Below, one piece after another: positions 1 to 9,410 of a stretch of 32,000 nucleotides of DNA. The DNA is taken from the NCBI RefSeq assembly GCF_003428155.1, contig NZ_QLIR01000003.1:1-32000 (forward strand), written 5' to 3'. Origin of the DNA: Fastidiosibacter lacustris. Lineage in GTDB: Bacteria > Pseudomonadota > Gammaproteobacteria > Francisellales > Francisellaceae. A program made the translations under genes and the position numbers. The stretch's first letter is position 1, and every line of letters starts with the position of its first letter. The notes below the pieces were generated by a model. The model was not told where the DNA came from and searched no databases. It worked only from the letters and a program-made list of their open reading frames with translations.

Positions 1-290
1 GACGGCTGTTTTAACAGATACGGGCTATCAGGGGATACAGAAAATTCATGCTAACAGTCAACTTCCAAAGAAAAGAACTAAAAAAAATTCTTTCACGAAA
101 GAGGATAAAAAATCTAATAGAAAATTACCCAGTCTCCGTGTACTAAATGAAAACGTAATAGGCATGTTAAAACGTTTTAAAATTATTGCCGACAAATATC
201 GGAATAGACGAAAAAGGTTTGGACTTCGATTTAATTTAATAACGGGAATTTACAACTTTGAATTGACTAATTGAGGTTTGGAAAGAACTC
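1..290 (+). mobile_element. 3' end of an IS element: C-terminus of an IS4/IS5-superfamily DDE transposase (cut by the window edge) plus a probable terminal repeat
   Basis: Reading from position 2 to the TGA at 272-274 gives TAVLTDTGYQGIQKIHANSQLPKKRTKKNSFTKEDKKSNRKLPSLRVLNENVIGMLKRFKIIADKYRNRRKRFGLRFNLITGIYNFELTN. It contains a D-x-G-Y block (second catalytic Asp region) and the R-x3-E-x6-K signature (RVLNENVIGMLK) typical of the C1 region of IS4/IS5 DDE transposases. It is absent from the ORF track because there is no start codon in the window. GGTTTGGAAAGAACTC (275-290) followed by TAA could be the terminal inverted repeat plus target site, but the exact end is uncertain. Confidence 0.7.
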
Positions 291-321
291 TAATAAAGTG
301 AGTAAGCCCAATAACTGATAT

Positions 322-558
322 TTATTTGCGTAAAGATTTAAACCATTTATAGCGAAAGGTGTTCACGCTGGCATCGATTAAAAAGAAAATGACTGCAAGT
401 TCAGGTGAGAGAATATCACCAGTAATGGCATAAAGGAAAATGGCAAAAATAAGAATAAAAATTAATGAACGTACAGCCGCTTTGGCACCATTGAGTTTGA
501 ACAGTTCCATATGCGTCATCTTTGATTGGCGTTTAATTTCTTGTTCTTTGTCAGTCAT
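322..558 (-). CDS. small hypothetical membrane protein (about 78 aa, two predicted TM helices)
   Basis: The ORF track gives 322..570 from a TTG. An in-frame ATG at 556-558 lies 1 nt downstream of the mnmE stop (560-562) and gives MTDKEQEIKRQSK... The hydrophobic stretches LIFILIFAIFLYAI and LAVIFFLI support membrane localisation. I recognise no family. Confidence 0.45.
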   Translation of the reverse strand: MTDKEQEIKRQSKMTHMELFKLNGAKAAVRSLIFILIFAIFLYAITGDILSPELAVIFFLIDASVNTFRYKWFKSLRK

Positions 559-559
559 G

Positions 560-1909
560 TTATTTCCCAATACAAAAATTACTAAATATTTCTCCTAGGA
601 GGTCATCAGCGTTGAATTCACCAGTAATACTTGAAAGCTGCCCTTGAGCAAGGTTAAGCTCTTCGGCTAATAATTCTCCATCTTTATGTTGTAAATGCAG
701 TTGAGCAATTTCAAGGTGTTCTTTGGCTGCATTTAGAGCATTGATATGACGTTTCCTTGCGGTAAAAACACCTTCATTTGTTTGTGTATAACCAATAGCC
801 CTTAAAAGGTAATCACGTAGTTTATTGATACCAATACCATGTTTAGCAGAAATATATAGGTAATTATCATGATTTTGTGGATCATTATCTCTTAAATCAA
901 TCTTGTTATAAATATAAGTAATTGGAATGTAGTTAGGGATATGTTTAAAAAATTCAGGCGCAAGCTCAGTAATTTCTTTATCAATGGTATCTCTAATATC
1001 AGCAACAAGAAGAATATGATCGGCTTTCTTAATGGCTTCAAGTGCACGTCTAATTCCTTCGTTTTCAACTACATTGTCACTTATACGTAATCCTGCTGTA
1101 TCAATAATATGCACAGGTATACCGTTAATTTGGATATATTCACGTAAAGTGTCACGTGTGGTGCCTTCGATGTCAGTGACAATCGCTGTTTCTTTACCTG
1201 CTAAAGCATTGAGCAAACTTGACTTACCTGCATTGGGTTTGCCTGCAATCACAATTTCAACACCTTCACGCAGAAGTGCTCCTTGTTTTGAGTTTTCTAA
1301 AGTGAAGTTAAGTTGTTGATATAAGGTATTAAGTTGCGCCTCAATGTATGGATCTGCTAAAAAATCAATTTCCTCTTCTGGAAAGTCGATAGCTGCTTCA
1401 ACATGTACGCGCAGTTGAATAAGTGCGTGTACTAATGTGTCAATGTGTTTAGAAAATTCACCTTGTAAGGAGCGCATGGCTGACTTGGCAGCTTGCTCAG
1501 ATGAAGCATCAATAATATCAGCAATTGCTTCTGCTTGAGCAAGATCAATTTTGTCATTTAGATAGGCGCGCTCTGTAAACTCTCCAGGTTTGGCAAGACG
1601 CGCGCCATATTCCAGAGTTGTTTGTAAAATAAGATTCAAGAGTATAGGACCGCCATGAGCCTGTAATTCAACCACGTCTTCACCGGTATAGGAGTAGGGA
1701 GCTTTAAAATAGATCGCAATGCCTTGATCAAGTAGTTCATCTTGATGATTTTTAAATGTAAGAAAATGTGCATAACGTGGCTTAAGCCATGTTTTTGTCA
1801 CATTATAGGCAATAGCGTAGGCTTTTTCGCCAGAGATGCGAATAATACCAACACCTCCACGACCTGGGGCGGTTGCGATGGCAGCAATGGTGTCATTAGT
1901 TACACTCAT
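560..1909 (-). CDS. mnmE: tRNA modification GTPase MnmE (TrmE)
   Basis: 449 aa. G-domain motifs GKPNAGKSSLLNAL and DTAGLR are present, along with the hallmark C-terminal CIGK tail and the N-terminal IAAIATAPGRGGVGIIRISG block. Confidence 0.95.
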   Translation of the reverse strand: MSVTNDTIAAIATAPGRGGVGIIRISGEKAYAIAYNVTKTWLKPRYAHFLTFKNHQDELLDQGIAIYFKAPYSYTGEDVVELQAHGGPILLNLILQTTLEYGARLAKPGEFTERAYLNDKIDLAQAEAIADIIDASSEQAAKSAMRSLQGEFSKHIDTLVHALIQLRVHVEAAIDFPEEEIDFLADPYIEAQLNTLYQQLNFTLENSKQGALLREGVEIVIAGKPNAGKSSLLNALAGKETAIVTDIEGTTRDTLREYIQINGIPVHIIDTAGLRISDNVVENEGIRRALEAIKKADHILLVADIRDTIDKEITELAPEFFKHIPNYIPITYIYNKIDLRDNDPQNHDNYLYISAKHGIGINKLRDYLLRAIGYTQTNEGVFTARKRHINALNAAKEHLEIAQLHLQHKDGELLAEELNLAQGQLSSITGEFNADDLLGEIFSNFCIGK

Positions 1910-1965
1910 GGATTATGTTTTATAAGTTTCTATTTTTAAATATAACTTAGAATAGCGGATTTTAA

Positions 1966-2565
1966 TTACCAGAACCAGCTTTTTGAAGGGATATTACAAC
2001 GGCGTAGTTGATAAGCATAATTGTAGGCGGTATCTTGTGTTTTGCGTGCATAGTTGAGTAGGAATTGATTATTACGATAATTACCACGCAAATAACCTCC
2101 AATGCCTTGATTATATGCAAGATAAAGTTCATAGGCATTAGATTTAGAAATACCCGCTTTTTTATGTGCATAGTTACCATACCAACCTATAAAGTCAACA
2201 GCATCAGCAAAGTTCGTTCTATCTGCCCAACTATTTCCAGTAGATTTTTGGTAATGATCCCATGTACCATTTAGGGCTTGAGCATAACCGTAAGCCGTTG
2301 ATTGGCGACCGGTTGGAATAAAACCAAATGCATATTGCATAGGTGTTTTAGCATCGGCAATAAAGCTTGATTCATTACGAATGATCGCCCATTGCACACT
2401 AATGGGGATACCCCATTTTTTATATGAATTCAGCGAGTCGTAATACCAATTAGGATATTGTTGTGCCATAGTACAAGCATTATTGATGTTTTTAGGAGGA
2501 ACGGTTACACAGCCAGCTAAAGCTAAAATAGGGATAAGTAATAAGGGTTTTTTCTTAACTTTCAT
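1966..2565 (-). CDS. lipoprotein with a transglycosylase SLT-like (lytic murein transglycosylase) domain
   Basis: Signal peptide with lipobox LALAGC. IIRNESSF supplies the catalytic-Glu context, and AYGYAQALNGTW resembles SLT-domain motifs. 199 aa. Confidence 0.65.
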   Translation of the reverse strand: MKVKKKPLLLIPILALAGCVTVPPKNINNACTMAQQYPNWYYDSLNSYKKWGIPISVQWAIIRNESSFIADAKTPMQYAFGFIPTGRQSTAYGYAQALNGTWDHYQKSTGNSWADRTNFADAVDFIGWYGNYAHKKAGISKSNAYELYLAYNQGIGGYLRGNYRNNQFLLNYARKTQDTAYNYAYQLRRCNIPSKSWFW

Positions 2566-2716
2566 TAAAAAATAATTATTTAGTTTAATCTTTAATATAT
2601 TACAGACTAACGGATTTTATGATGAAGGCGAACAGTTTTTGAGATTTTTTTATTTCAACTTAGGCAAGGATGAGCTAAGTTATGGCGATATTAAAATAAG
2701 TGATCAATTTTTAAGT

Positions 2717-3295
2717 ATGGCAAAACTTCACTTTTATTATTCGACAATGAATGCGGGTAAAAGCACAACTTTGTTGCAATCGGATTATAATTACCGTGAG
2801 CGAGGCATGTATACTTTATTGTTTGCCCCAAAATTTGATGATCGTTATGGTTTGGGTAAAATTACTTCACGTTTAGGTTTGCAAGCAGATGCGGTTTTAT
2901 ATGACAAAGATACAGATCTTTACGCTTATGTATATGCACACGTCAGAAATTATGCACTCCATTGTGTGTTAATTGATGAAGCACAGTTCTTGACAAAAGC
3001 ACAAGTGTTGCAATTAAGCGATGTTGTTGATGTGCTTAATATCCCTGTGCTTGCATATGGTTTAAGAAACGATTTTCAGGCAGAACCTTTTGAAGGTAGT
3101 AAATATTTGCTTACTTGGGCTGATCAGCTAATTGAAATAAAAACCATTTGCCATTGTGGTAAGAAAGCAACCCATGTATTACGTTTAGGTGAGAATGGAC
3201 AAGTAGTGAAAGAAGGTGATCAATTACAAATTGGTGGCAATGATCACTATGTGTCGGTATGTCGTAAGCATTTTAAAGATAATTTGATTGATTAA
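2717..3295 (+). CDS. tdk: thymidine kinase
   Basis: [20 protein letters not shown] (P-loop), VLIDEAQF, and C-terminal zinc-ribbon cysteines CHCGKKA...VSVCRKHF. The track ORF starts at a TTG at 2639. The ATG at 2717 gives the canonical TK N-terminus and a length of 192 aa. Confidence 0.9.
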   Translation: MAKLHFYYSTMNAGKSTTLLQSDYNYRERGMYTLLFAPKFDDRYGLGKITSRLGLQADAVLYDKDTDLYAYVYAHVRNYALHCVLIDEAQFLTKAQVLQLSDVVDVLNIPVLAYGLRNDFQAEPFEGSKYLLTWADQLIEIKTICHCGKKATHVLRLGENGQVVKEGDQLQIGGNDHYVSVCRKHFKDNLID

Positions 3296-3377
3296 TGCCT
3301 TTACCTGCTGTCAATTTTCAATAAAACTCTGTTACACTTTAAATATCTTAAGAGCTTATAATTGGAGAATATAACAA

Positions 3378-4613
3378 GTGAAATCGTATTTAGCTGCACG
3401 TGCAGCTTTATTTAAAAATATATCGTTTACCTGTGCGTGTGTGATGGGGTTTTTCTCAGCTATTGCTATTGGCGTGGCTTATGTGTCTTTTAGTTGGCAT
3501 TTATTAAGTCTTTATAATAGTGTTAATGCTATTATTATTTTTATGTTTAGTTGGTGGGTATTTGGTGCAGTGCTTTCACCAATTACAGGATATTTTGCCG
3601 ATAAGTTTCCACGTCAGAAAATCATAGTTGTCACAAATAGTGCACGTGTGTTATTAATTTCTATTTTCTTGTTATTTGGAAGTTTGGACAGTTTAATGGA
3701 AGTTTATATTTTCACCAGTTTATGGGGGGTTATCCTGGCATTTTATATGCCAGCGATGCTTATTATGATACGTGAAATTTTGATTGATGATAGTAGGTTA
3801 TTATATGCCAATAGCACTATGGATGGCATATTTGAGATTGGGATGGTAGCTGGTATGTCTTTAGGTGGTTTAATGGTTGCCATTTTTGACATGCACGAGA
3901 TTTTATATTTTCTTTTAGCTGGAACGAGCATTGCCCTTATTGCAAGCGTAGGTGTGAAACCTGCTCGAGAAGTAGAAAAAAATGAAGGTGGATTTATTGA
4001 AAATTGGCGATTAGTTTATAGGTTTTTATGTGCTAGACGTTTTGTTTTCTGGTTTTATACTGCCCAAATTGGATTTACTTGTTTGTTTATGGTAGTGCCA
4101 ATTTTTATTGCACCTTATGCCAAGAATATATTACAAGCAAGCTCATGGGAGTTTGGCTTGATCGAAACAGGATTCTCAGTCGGTTTTATCATTGGTTCTT
4201 TGTTTTTACCATGGATTGCTGATAAAAAGGGTGAAGTAAGTACGATTATAGTTGCTTTGGCTGTGTCATCATGCTTATATTTAGCGTTAGCTTTGATTCA
4301 TAGTGTTACCTTAGCATTTATACTTTACTTTTTTATTGGGATGTGTATTTCATGTTGGGCAATTGTTGTAACTTTGGCACAGAAAAATACGGATATTACT
4401 TTACAAGGTAAGGCTCAAGGGATGAGTTATGGTTTGTCGGGTATGATGGTAATGTGTGTCTATATGAGTTTTTTCATCATCAATAATGTTACGCATTTAC
4501 CAAGTAATCGATGGTTTTATTTCATTATTGTGTTGGCTTTATTGATCATGTATCCATTGTTCAAAGGTCAATATCTACAAAAGCAGGTATTGAAAGAGCT
4601 AATAAAAAATTAA
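3378..4613 (+). CDS. MFS-type transporter (about 12 TM), substrate unknown
   Basis: 411 aa, highly hydrophobic throughout, with an MFS-like GYFADKFPRQK loop after TM2. GTG start. Confidence 0.6.
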   Translation: MKSYLAARAALFKNISFTCACVMGFFSAIAIGVAYVSFSWHLLSLYNSVNAIIIFMFSWWVFGAVLSPITGYFADKFPRQKIIVVTNSARVLLISIFLLFGSLDSLMEVYIFTSLWGVILAFYMPAMLIMIREILIDDSRLLYANSTMDGIFEIGMVAGMSLGGLMVAIFDMHEILYFLLAGTSIALIASVGVKPAREVEKNEGGFIENWRLVYRFLCARRFVFWFYTAQIGFTCLFMVVPIFIAPYAKNILQASSWEFGLIETGFSVGFIIGSLFLPWIADKKGEVSTIIVALAVSSCLYLALALIHSVTLAFILYFFIGMCISCWAIVVTLAQKNTDITLQGKAQGMSYGLSGMMVMCVYMSFFIINNVTHLPSNRWFYFIIVLALLIMYPLFKGQYLQKQVLKELIKN

Positions 4614-4687
4614 CTAATGCCATTTGAAAAAAAACACATTAAAATGATGGTGTCAAAATATAACAAGTATGATTTTAAAAAAGCATT

Positions 4688-5704
4688 ATGAAAACCTGTT
4701 TGATTGTAAAAACTTCTTCCTTAGGCGATATTTTGCATACATTGCCTGCGTTAACTGAAGCAAAGCAACATGAACCTAATCTTAAATTTGATTGGGTAAT
4801 AGAAAAGTCATTTGCAGAAATTCCGCGTTGGCATGAAGCAGTTGATGAAGTGATAGAAATTGAGATTCGCAAATGGCGTAAGAATATCTTTAAATACTTT
4901 TCAGAGATTCGAGCATTTAAAAAAAGGCTTAAAGCTAAGCATTATGATTATGTAATTGATGCACAAGGTTTGTTAAAAAGCGCTTGGATTACAAAAACTG
5001 CTAAAGGCATAAAATATGGTTTAGACAAGGAATCAGCAAGAGAGCCAGCAGCAAGTTTCTTTTATAATAAAAAGTTAAAAGTAGAAAAAGCAATGCACGC
5101 TATTATACGCGTGAAGTATTTATTTGCTAAAGTTTTTGGTTATGAATCGTCGTCTAACGTTGGCTATGGTATCAAATATGAATGGTCAGTGACTCAAGCT
5201 AAAAAGCAAGTGGTTTTTTTACATGCAACGACTTGGTCCAGTAAGCATTGGGCGCTATCGCATTGGCAAAGTCTTGCAAAATTATTAGCAAAAGCTGATA
5301 TAAAAGTATTACTACCGTGGGGAAATGAGCAAGAGCGAAAACAAGCCAACTTGATTGCTCACAACAATTCTAATACGATTGTGCTTGAGAAAATGCAGTT
5401 ATCACAATTGGCCGAATTATTTTCTCAAAGTCAGGCGGTTGTTGCAGTGGATACTGGTCTTGCTCATTTAGCAGCAGCTTGTGGTGCACCAGTCATTGGT
5501 ATTTATGGCTCAACTTCAGCAAAATTAACAGGTGCACTTGGTAAGCAAGTGATTCATCTATCATCTACGTTGACATGTTCACCTTGTTTGAAAAAAGTGT
5601 GTCCGATTACCAAGGACCTTTTTGCACCTTGTGAAGTATCAATAGCAACACAATCGGTATATGATAAATTAATGAGTATAATTCAAGCTTCTATTGTTCA
5701 CTAA
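4688..5704 (+). CDS. waaC: ADP-heptose:LPS heptosyltransferase I
   Basis: The N-terminus LIVKTSSLGDILHTLPALTEAKQ...KFDWVIE, plus VIDAQGLLKSA, AREPAASFFYN, VFLHATT and VDTGLAHLAAA, align block by block with E. coli WaaC as I recall it. 338 aa. Confidence 0.85.
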   Translation: MKTCLIVKTSSLGDILHTLPALTEAKQHEPNLKFDWVIEKSFAEIPRWHEAVDEVIEIEIRKWRKNIFKYFSEIRAFKKRLKAKHYDYVIDAQGLLKSAWITKTAKGIKYGLDKESAREPAASFFYNKKLKVEKAMHAIIRVKYLFAKVFGYESSSNVGYGIKYEWSVTQAKKQVVFLHATTWSSKHWALSHWQSLAKLLAKADIKVLLPWGNEQERKQANLIAHNNSNTIVLEKMQLSQLAELFSQSQAVVAVDTGLAHLAAACGAPVIGIYGSTSAKLTGALGKQVIHLSSTLTCSPCLKKVCPITKDLFAPCEVSIATQSVYDKLMSIIQASIVH

Positions 5705-5734
5705 AATGGATAAATTAAAGCGAAGGAAAAGAAT

Positions 5735-7147
5735 GTGAAAAAGTATTTTTTATATATAGGTATTGCTTTTACCTTATCGATTTGCGCATATGCTAAGCAA
5801 TATACTTCTCTAACAGAGAACGTTAACCAACTGATTAAGAGTAATGGGCTTAATTCAGCATCGATTGCAATTAAGGTGTTGGATGCAAGCACAGGAGAAA
5901 ATGTGTTTTCACTCAATGAATATAAAAATCATATGCCTGCAAGTAACACAAAGCTTGTAACTGCAGTATCTGCCTTGTTAGTTCTTGGGCAGGATTATCA
6001 GTATCAGACCAAACTTTATTATGATAGTAAAGTTAGTTCAACTGAAATTCATAATCTCTATATCGATTTCTCAGGTGATCCAAGTCTGACAACTAAATCT
6101 ATGACAAACTTACTGCAAGCGTTAGTAAGAGCTAACATAAAAAATATAAAAGGTGACGTCTTTCTAGTTAATCGCTTCTTTCAAGGGCGTGATTATCCAA
6201 TTAACCAAAGTCAAAGTGATTCTATATTTGGGTATGGTGCACCATCGTCAATTTATAATTTAAATGAAAATGCAGTGGCTTTATCGTTTACCCCGAAAGT
6301 GCATGGCTTTGATGTTAAGCAAGTCGAAGGTGAGTCTATTATCTACCAAAATGAAGTGGTTGCGGCTAACGATAAGATGCTTAAAACTTGTCAATTTAAT
6401 GCCAAGAGTGATCAAAATAACGTGCTTATTTTAGCAGGTTGCTTACCTAAAGCACCGTATACATTTCGCCTTGCTATTCCAGATCCTACATTGATGATGC
6501 AAACCTTTGTTAAACAGAAGATCAAAGCACTTGAAATAGGCTTAGTAGGTGAGGTGAGAATAACGACAAGCTTGCCTGAAAAAGCTAAGCAAATTGCAAC
6601 ACATTTTTCACCTAAGCTTTCGGTTTTGACAAAACATATGTTACAGACTTCAGATAATTTATATGCACAGACGCTAGTTAGAACAATTGGTTATTATCAC
6701 TATGGTGTAGGGAGTATTGTAGCAGGTAAAAATGCAATGCTTGAAATACTTAAAGATAAACTTGACTTAGATGTGAGTAGTATTCAACTGGAAGATGGTG
6801 CAGGAATGTCAGCAAATAACCTTTTGAGTACTGATTTTCTAAGTGATCTATTGTATAAGATGCAAACACAAAAAGTGTTTGATGTTTTTGAACAAGCATT
6901 ACCTGTTTATACTAAAAATGCAATTCCCGCTCATCGCAAAAATGAGTGGTTAAAAGGAAAGGTTATTGCTAAAACAGGTACAGGAACAACTGTAAGTGCA
7001 TTATCTGGCTACCTATGTACAAAAGATAGAAAGCGTTACGTGTTCTCTATTTTAATTTCAGATCTAACAAATCATCAAAGAAAAACGGCATTGGTATTTC
7101 AGTCACAGTTTTTGGAAAGTCTATATGAGCTTAAGTTTCAGCATTAA
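5735..7147 (+). CDS. dacB: D-alanyl-D-alanine carboxypeptidase/endopeptidase (PBP4 family)
   Basis: Signal peptide, SxxK active site (PASNTKL), a late KTGT motif (AKTGTGT), 470 aa. GTG start at 5735. Confidence 0.85.
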   Translation: MKKYFLYIGIAFTLSICAYAKQYTSLTENVNQLIKSNGLNSASIAIKVLDASTGENVFSLNEYKNHMPASNTKLVTAVSALLVLGQDYQYQTKLYYDSKVSSTEIHNLYIDFSGDPSLTTKSMTNLLQALVRANIKNIKGDVFLVNRFFQGRDYPINQSQSDSIFGYGAPSSIYNLNENAVALSFTPKVHGFDVKQVEGESIIYQNEVVAANDKMLKTCQFNAKSDQNNVLILAGCLPKAPYTFRLAIPDPTLMMQTFVKQKIKALEIGLVGEVRITTSLPEKAKQIATHFSPKLSVLTKHMLQTSDNLYAQTLVRTIGYYHYGVGSIVAGKNAMLEILKDKLDLDVSSIQLEDGAGMSANNLLSTDFLSDLLYKMQTQKVFDVFEQALPVYTKNAIPAHRKNEWLKGKVIAKTGTGTTVSALSGYLCTKDRKRYVFSILISDLTNHQRKTALVFQSQFLESLYELKFQH

Positions 7148-7234
7148 ACAGCTAGACAATTAGGCGTGCAAATTATAAACTTTGACGCTGAATAAAACCT
7201 TGAAAGAAAATGATAAATTAAATAAGGAAAAACA

Positions 7235-8551
7235 ATGCAAGTATCTGTTGAGAGAAAAGAGGGCATTCACTGTGTATTGAATATTGAGTTGCCTGCTGGT
7301 GAAATTGAACAAGAAGTCTCTAAGCGCATTCAGCGCATTGCAAGAACAGCTAAAATTGATGGCTTTAGACCAGGTAAAGTGCCAACAGGTATGATTAAGA
7401 AAAAATATGGTGAACAAGTCCGTTTTGAAGTTTTAGGTGATTTATTACCCATCAAGTATTCAAAGGCATTAAAAGATGAAAAACTTGAAGCAGCTGGAGT
7501 TGAAATTGAAATCCTTCAAAACGAAGAAGGTAAGGCACTTAAATTTAATGTTAATATTGAGCTTTTCCCTGAAGTGATAATTAAAGATTTAGATAAAATT
7601 GAAGTGAAAAAACCAGTCGTTGAATTATCTGAAGTACAGACGGACAAGATGATTGAAAACTTACGTAAACAACTTGCAGTTTGGAATGAAGTTGATCGTG
7701 AAGTTAAAAAAGACGATCGAGTAATCATTGATTTTGTTGGTCGGGTTGATGGGCAAGTCTTTGAAGGAGGTTCTGTAAATGCTTATGAGATAGTTATTGG
7801 TTCAGGTCAAATGATTCCTGGATTTGAAGATGGCATTATTGGCATGAAAAAAGATGAAGATAAAACAATTCACGTTACTTTCCCTGAGGACTATCAAAAC
7901 GATGAACTTAAAAGTAAAGCAGCACAATTTAACGTCGTTGTTAAAAGTATAAAAGAGGCGGTTTTACCAGAAATCAATGATAAATTTGTTGAGCAGTTTG
8001 GTATTAAAGGTGGCGTTGAAGAATTTTACGCTGAAATTAAACAAAATATGGCACGAGAACTTAAAAATGCAATCCATAAGACAATCAAGCAGCAAGTGTT
8101 TGAACAATTGGTTAAACTTATTGAGTTTGAAGTACCAAAAGCCTTGATTCAACGTGAAATTGATCGTGCTAAGCAGGACTTAATTAAGCGCATAGATGGC
8201 AAAAAAGCGCAAGTTAAAGCTGAAAATTTATCGGATGATTTATTTAGAGATCGGGCTGAACACACTGTAAAGCTTGGTTTAATTTTCCAAGCAATCGTAC
8301 ATGAACAGCGGTTTGAAGCGGATCAAGCAAGCATTGATGAACTAATTGAAGAAATGGCATCTATTTATGAAGATGCGCAAGAAGTCCGTGATCACGTTAA
8401 AAATAACAAACAAGAATTTGATAATATCAAGAACGTTGTGATCGAGAACAAGTTGGTGGATTGGGTCGTTGAGCAAGGTAAATCAATCGAAAAAGAAGAA
8501 GATTTTTTTGATTTAATTCGAAATGCTTTACCTCAAGGACTCACGTTCTAA
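7235..8551 (+). CDS. tig: trigger factor
   Basis: MQVSVE... N-terminus, GFRPGKVP ribosome-binding signature, central FKBP-like PPIase block (GGSVNAYEIVIGSGQMIPGFEDGIIGMK). 438 aa, positioned upstream of clpPX-lon. Confidence 0.95.
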   Translation: MQVSVERKEGIHCVLNIELPAGEIEQEVSKRIQRIARTAKIDGFRPGKVPTGMIKKKYGEQVRFEVLGDLLPIKYSKALKDEKLEAAGVEIEILQNEEGKALKFNVNIELFPEVIIKDLDKIEVKKPVVELSEVQTDKMIENLRKQLAVWNEVDREVKKDDRVIIDFVGRVDGQVFEGGSVNAYEIVIGSGQMIPGFEDGIIGMKKDEDKTIHVTFPEDYQNDELKSKAAQFNVVVKSIKEAVLPEINDKFVEQFGIKGGVEEFYAEIKQNMARELKNAIHKTIKQQVFEQLVKLIEFEVPKALIQREIDRAKQDLIKRIDGKKAQVKAENLSDDLFRDRAEHTVKLGLIFQAIVHEQRFEADQASIDELIEEMASIYEDAQEVRDHVKNNKQEFDNIKNVVIENKLVDWVVEQGKSIEKEEDFFDLIRNALPQGLTF

Positions 8552-8626
8552 AGGTGATGTGGCTTCAATCATTCATTTTTGTGCCAGTAAAACACTGGTG
8601 AAAATGTTTTAATAAAATTAAACTAA

Positions 8627-8650
8627 GGCCACGTTTGTGGCTTTTTTATT
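8627..8650 (+). terminator. rho-independent terminator after tig
   Basis: Stem GCCAC (8628-8632) / GTGGC (8637-8641) with loop GTTT, followed by TTTTTT. Confidence 0.6.
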
Positions 8651-8665
8651 ATTAGTATTTTAGAG

Positions 8666-8687
8666 TGGTACAAATTTCTTTGTACCA
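8666..8687. promoter_or_regulatory. perfect 9-bp inverted repeat TGGTACAAA-N4-TTTGTACCA upstream of clpP (candidate operator)
   Basis: Arms at 8666-8674 and 8679-8687 are exact reverse complements. There is no trailing T-run. A TAAAAT -10-like hexamer lies at 8692-8697, about 40 bp upstream of the clpP start. Confidence 0.4.
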
Positions 8688-8726
8688 TAGATAAAATACG
8701 TAAAATATGGATGTAAGGTGAAAAAT

Positions 8727-9338
8727 ATGATTACAAATAATTTAGTACCAATTGTTGTAGAGCAAACTGCGCGTGGAGAGCGCTCATATGACATATACTC
8801 ACGTTTATTAAAGGAGCGTATTGTCTTTTTAAATGGCGAGGTTCACGATGTATCTGCAAATTTGGTAATTGCACAATTATTATTCTTAGAGTCTGAAAAC
8901 CCAGACAAAGATATTTATTTTTATATTAATTCACCAGGTGGTTCGGTCACGGCTGGAATGGGAATATATGATACTATGCAATTTATTAAACCAAATGTAA
9001 GTACGATTTGTATTGGGCTTGCTGCAAGTATGGGAGCCGTATTACTAGCTGCTGGCGAAAAAGGAAAGCGTTATAGTTTACCTCACTCCCAAATTATGAT
9101 CCATCAACCATTAGGTGGGTTTAGAGGTCAAGCTTCCGATGTTGAGATTCATGCTCGCAATATGCTTAGAATTAAAGAACGCTTAAATCAAGTACTAGCT
9201 CGCCATACAGGTAAAGATTATGAGCAGATGGTAAAAGATACAGATCGTGATAACTTCATGATGGCAGAAGAATCCAAAGAGTATGGTTTAATTGATCAAG
9301 TGATTGAATCACGATTAAGTATTCCTGGAACAAAATAA
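8727..9338 (+). CDS. clpP: ATP-dependent Clp protease proteolytic subunit
   Basis: Catalytic triad contexts GLAASMGA (Ser), MIHQP (His) and DTDRDNFM (Asp). The track starts at a GTG at 8718, but the ATG at 8727 is preceded by AAGGTG at 6-nt spacing and gives the MITNNLVP N-terminus. Confidence 0.95.
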   Translation: MITNNLVPIVVEQTARGERSYDIYSRLLKERIVFLNGEVHDVSANLVIAQLLFLESENPDKDIYFYINSPGGSVTAGMGIYDTMQFIKPNVSTICIGLAASMGAVLLAAGEKGKRYSLPHSQIMIHQPLGGFRGQASDVEIHARNMLRIKERLNQVLARHTGKDYEQMVKDTDRDNFMMAEESKEYGLIDQVIESRLSIPGTK

Positions 9339-9348
9339 ATTTTATTAG

Positions 9349-9376
9349 CTTGAATTTATATTACTTAAACCCATTT
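9349..9376 (+). promoter_or_regulatory. sigma-32-like heat-shock promoter upstream of clpX
   Basis: CTTGAAT (9349-9355), a 13-nt spacer, then ACCCATTT (9369-9376), compared with the E. coli sigma-32 consensus CTTGAA ... CCCCATNT. Located in the clpP-clpX intergenic region. Confidence 0.4.
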
Positions 9377-9410
9377 CTTTGAGGTTTTAAAGTGTTAAAG
9401 AGAGGTTTTT

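Noticed and set aside
868-880. DnaA-box-like TGTGGATCA inside mnmE, considered because mnmE is often origin-proximal.
   Set aside because: It is a single 8-of-9 match within coding sequence, and there is no cluster of boxes or AT-rich unwinding element in any intergenic region of the window.
2639-2716. 5' extensions proposed by the ORF track for tdk (TTG 2639), nrdJa (TTG 16620), nrdJb (TTG 19674), clpP (GTG 8718) and the small membrane ORF (TTG 570).
   Set aside because: In each case a downstream ATG or GTG gives the canonical family N-terminus or a direct continuation of the upstream gene. For nrdJa, nrdJb and clpP that start also has a properly spaced SD. The extensions add non-conserved residues.
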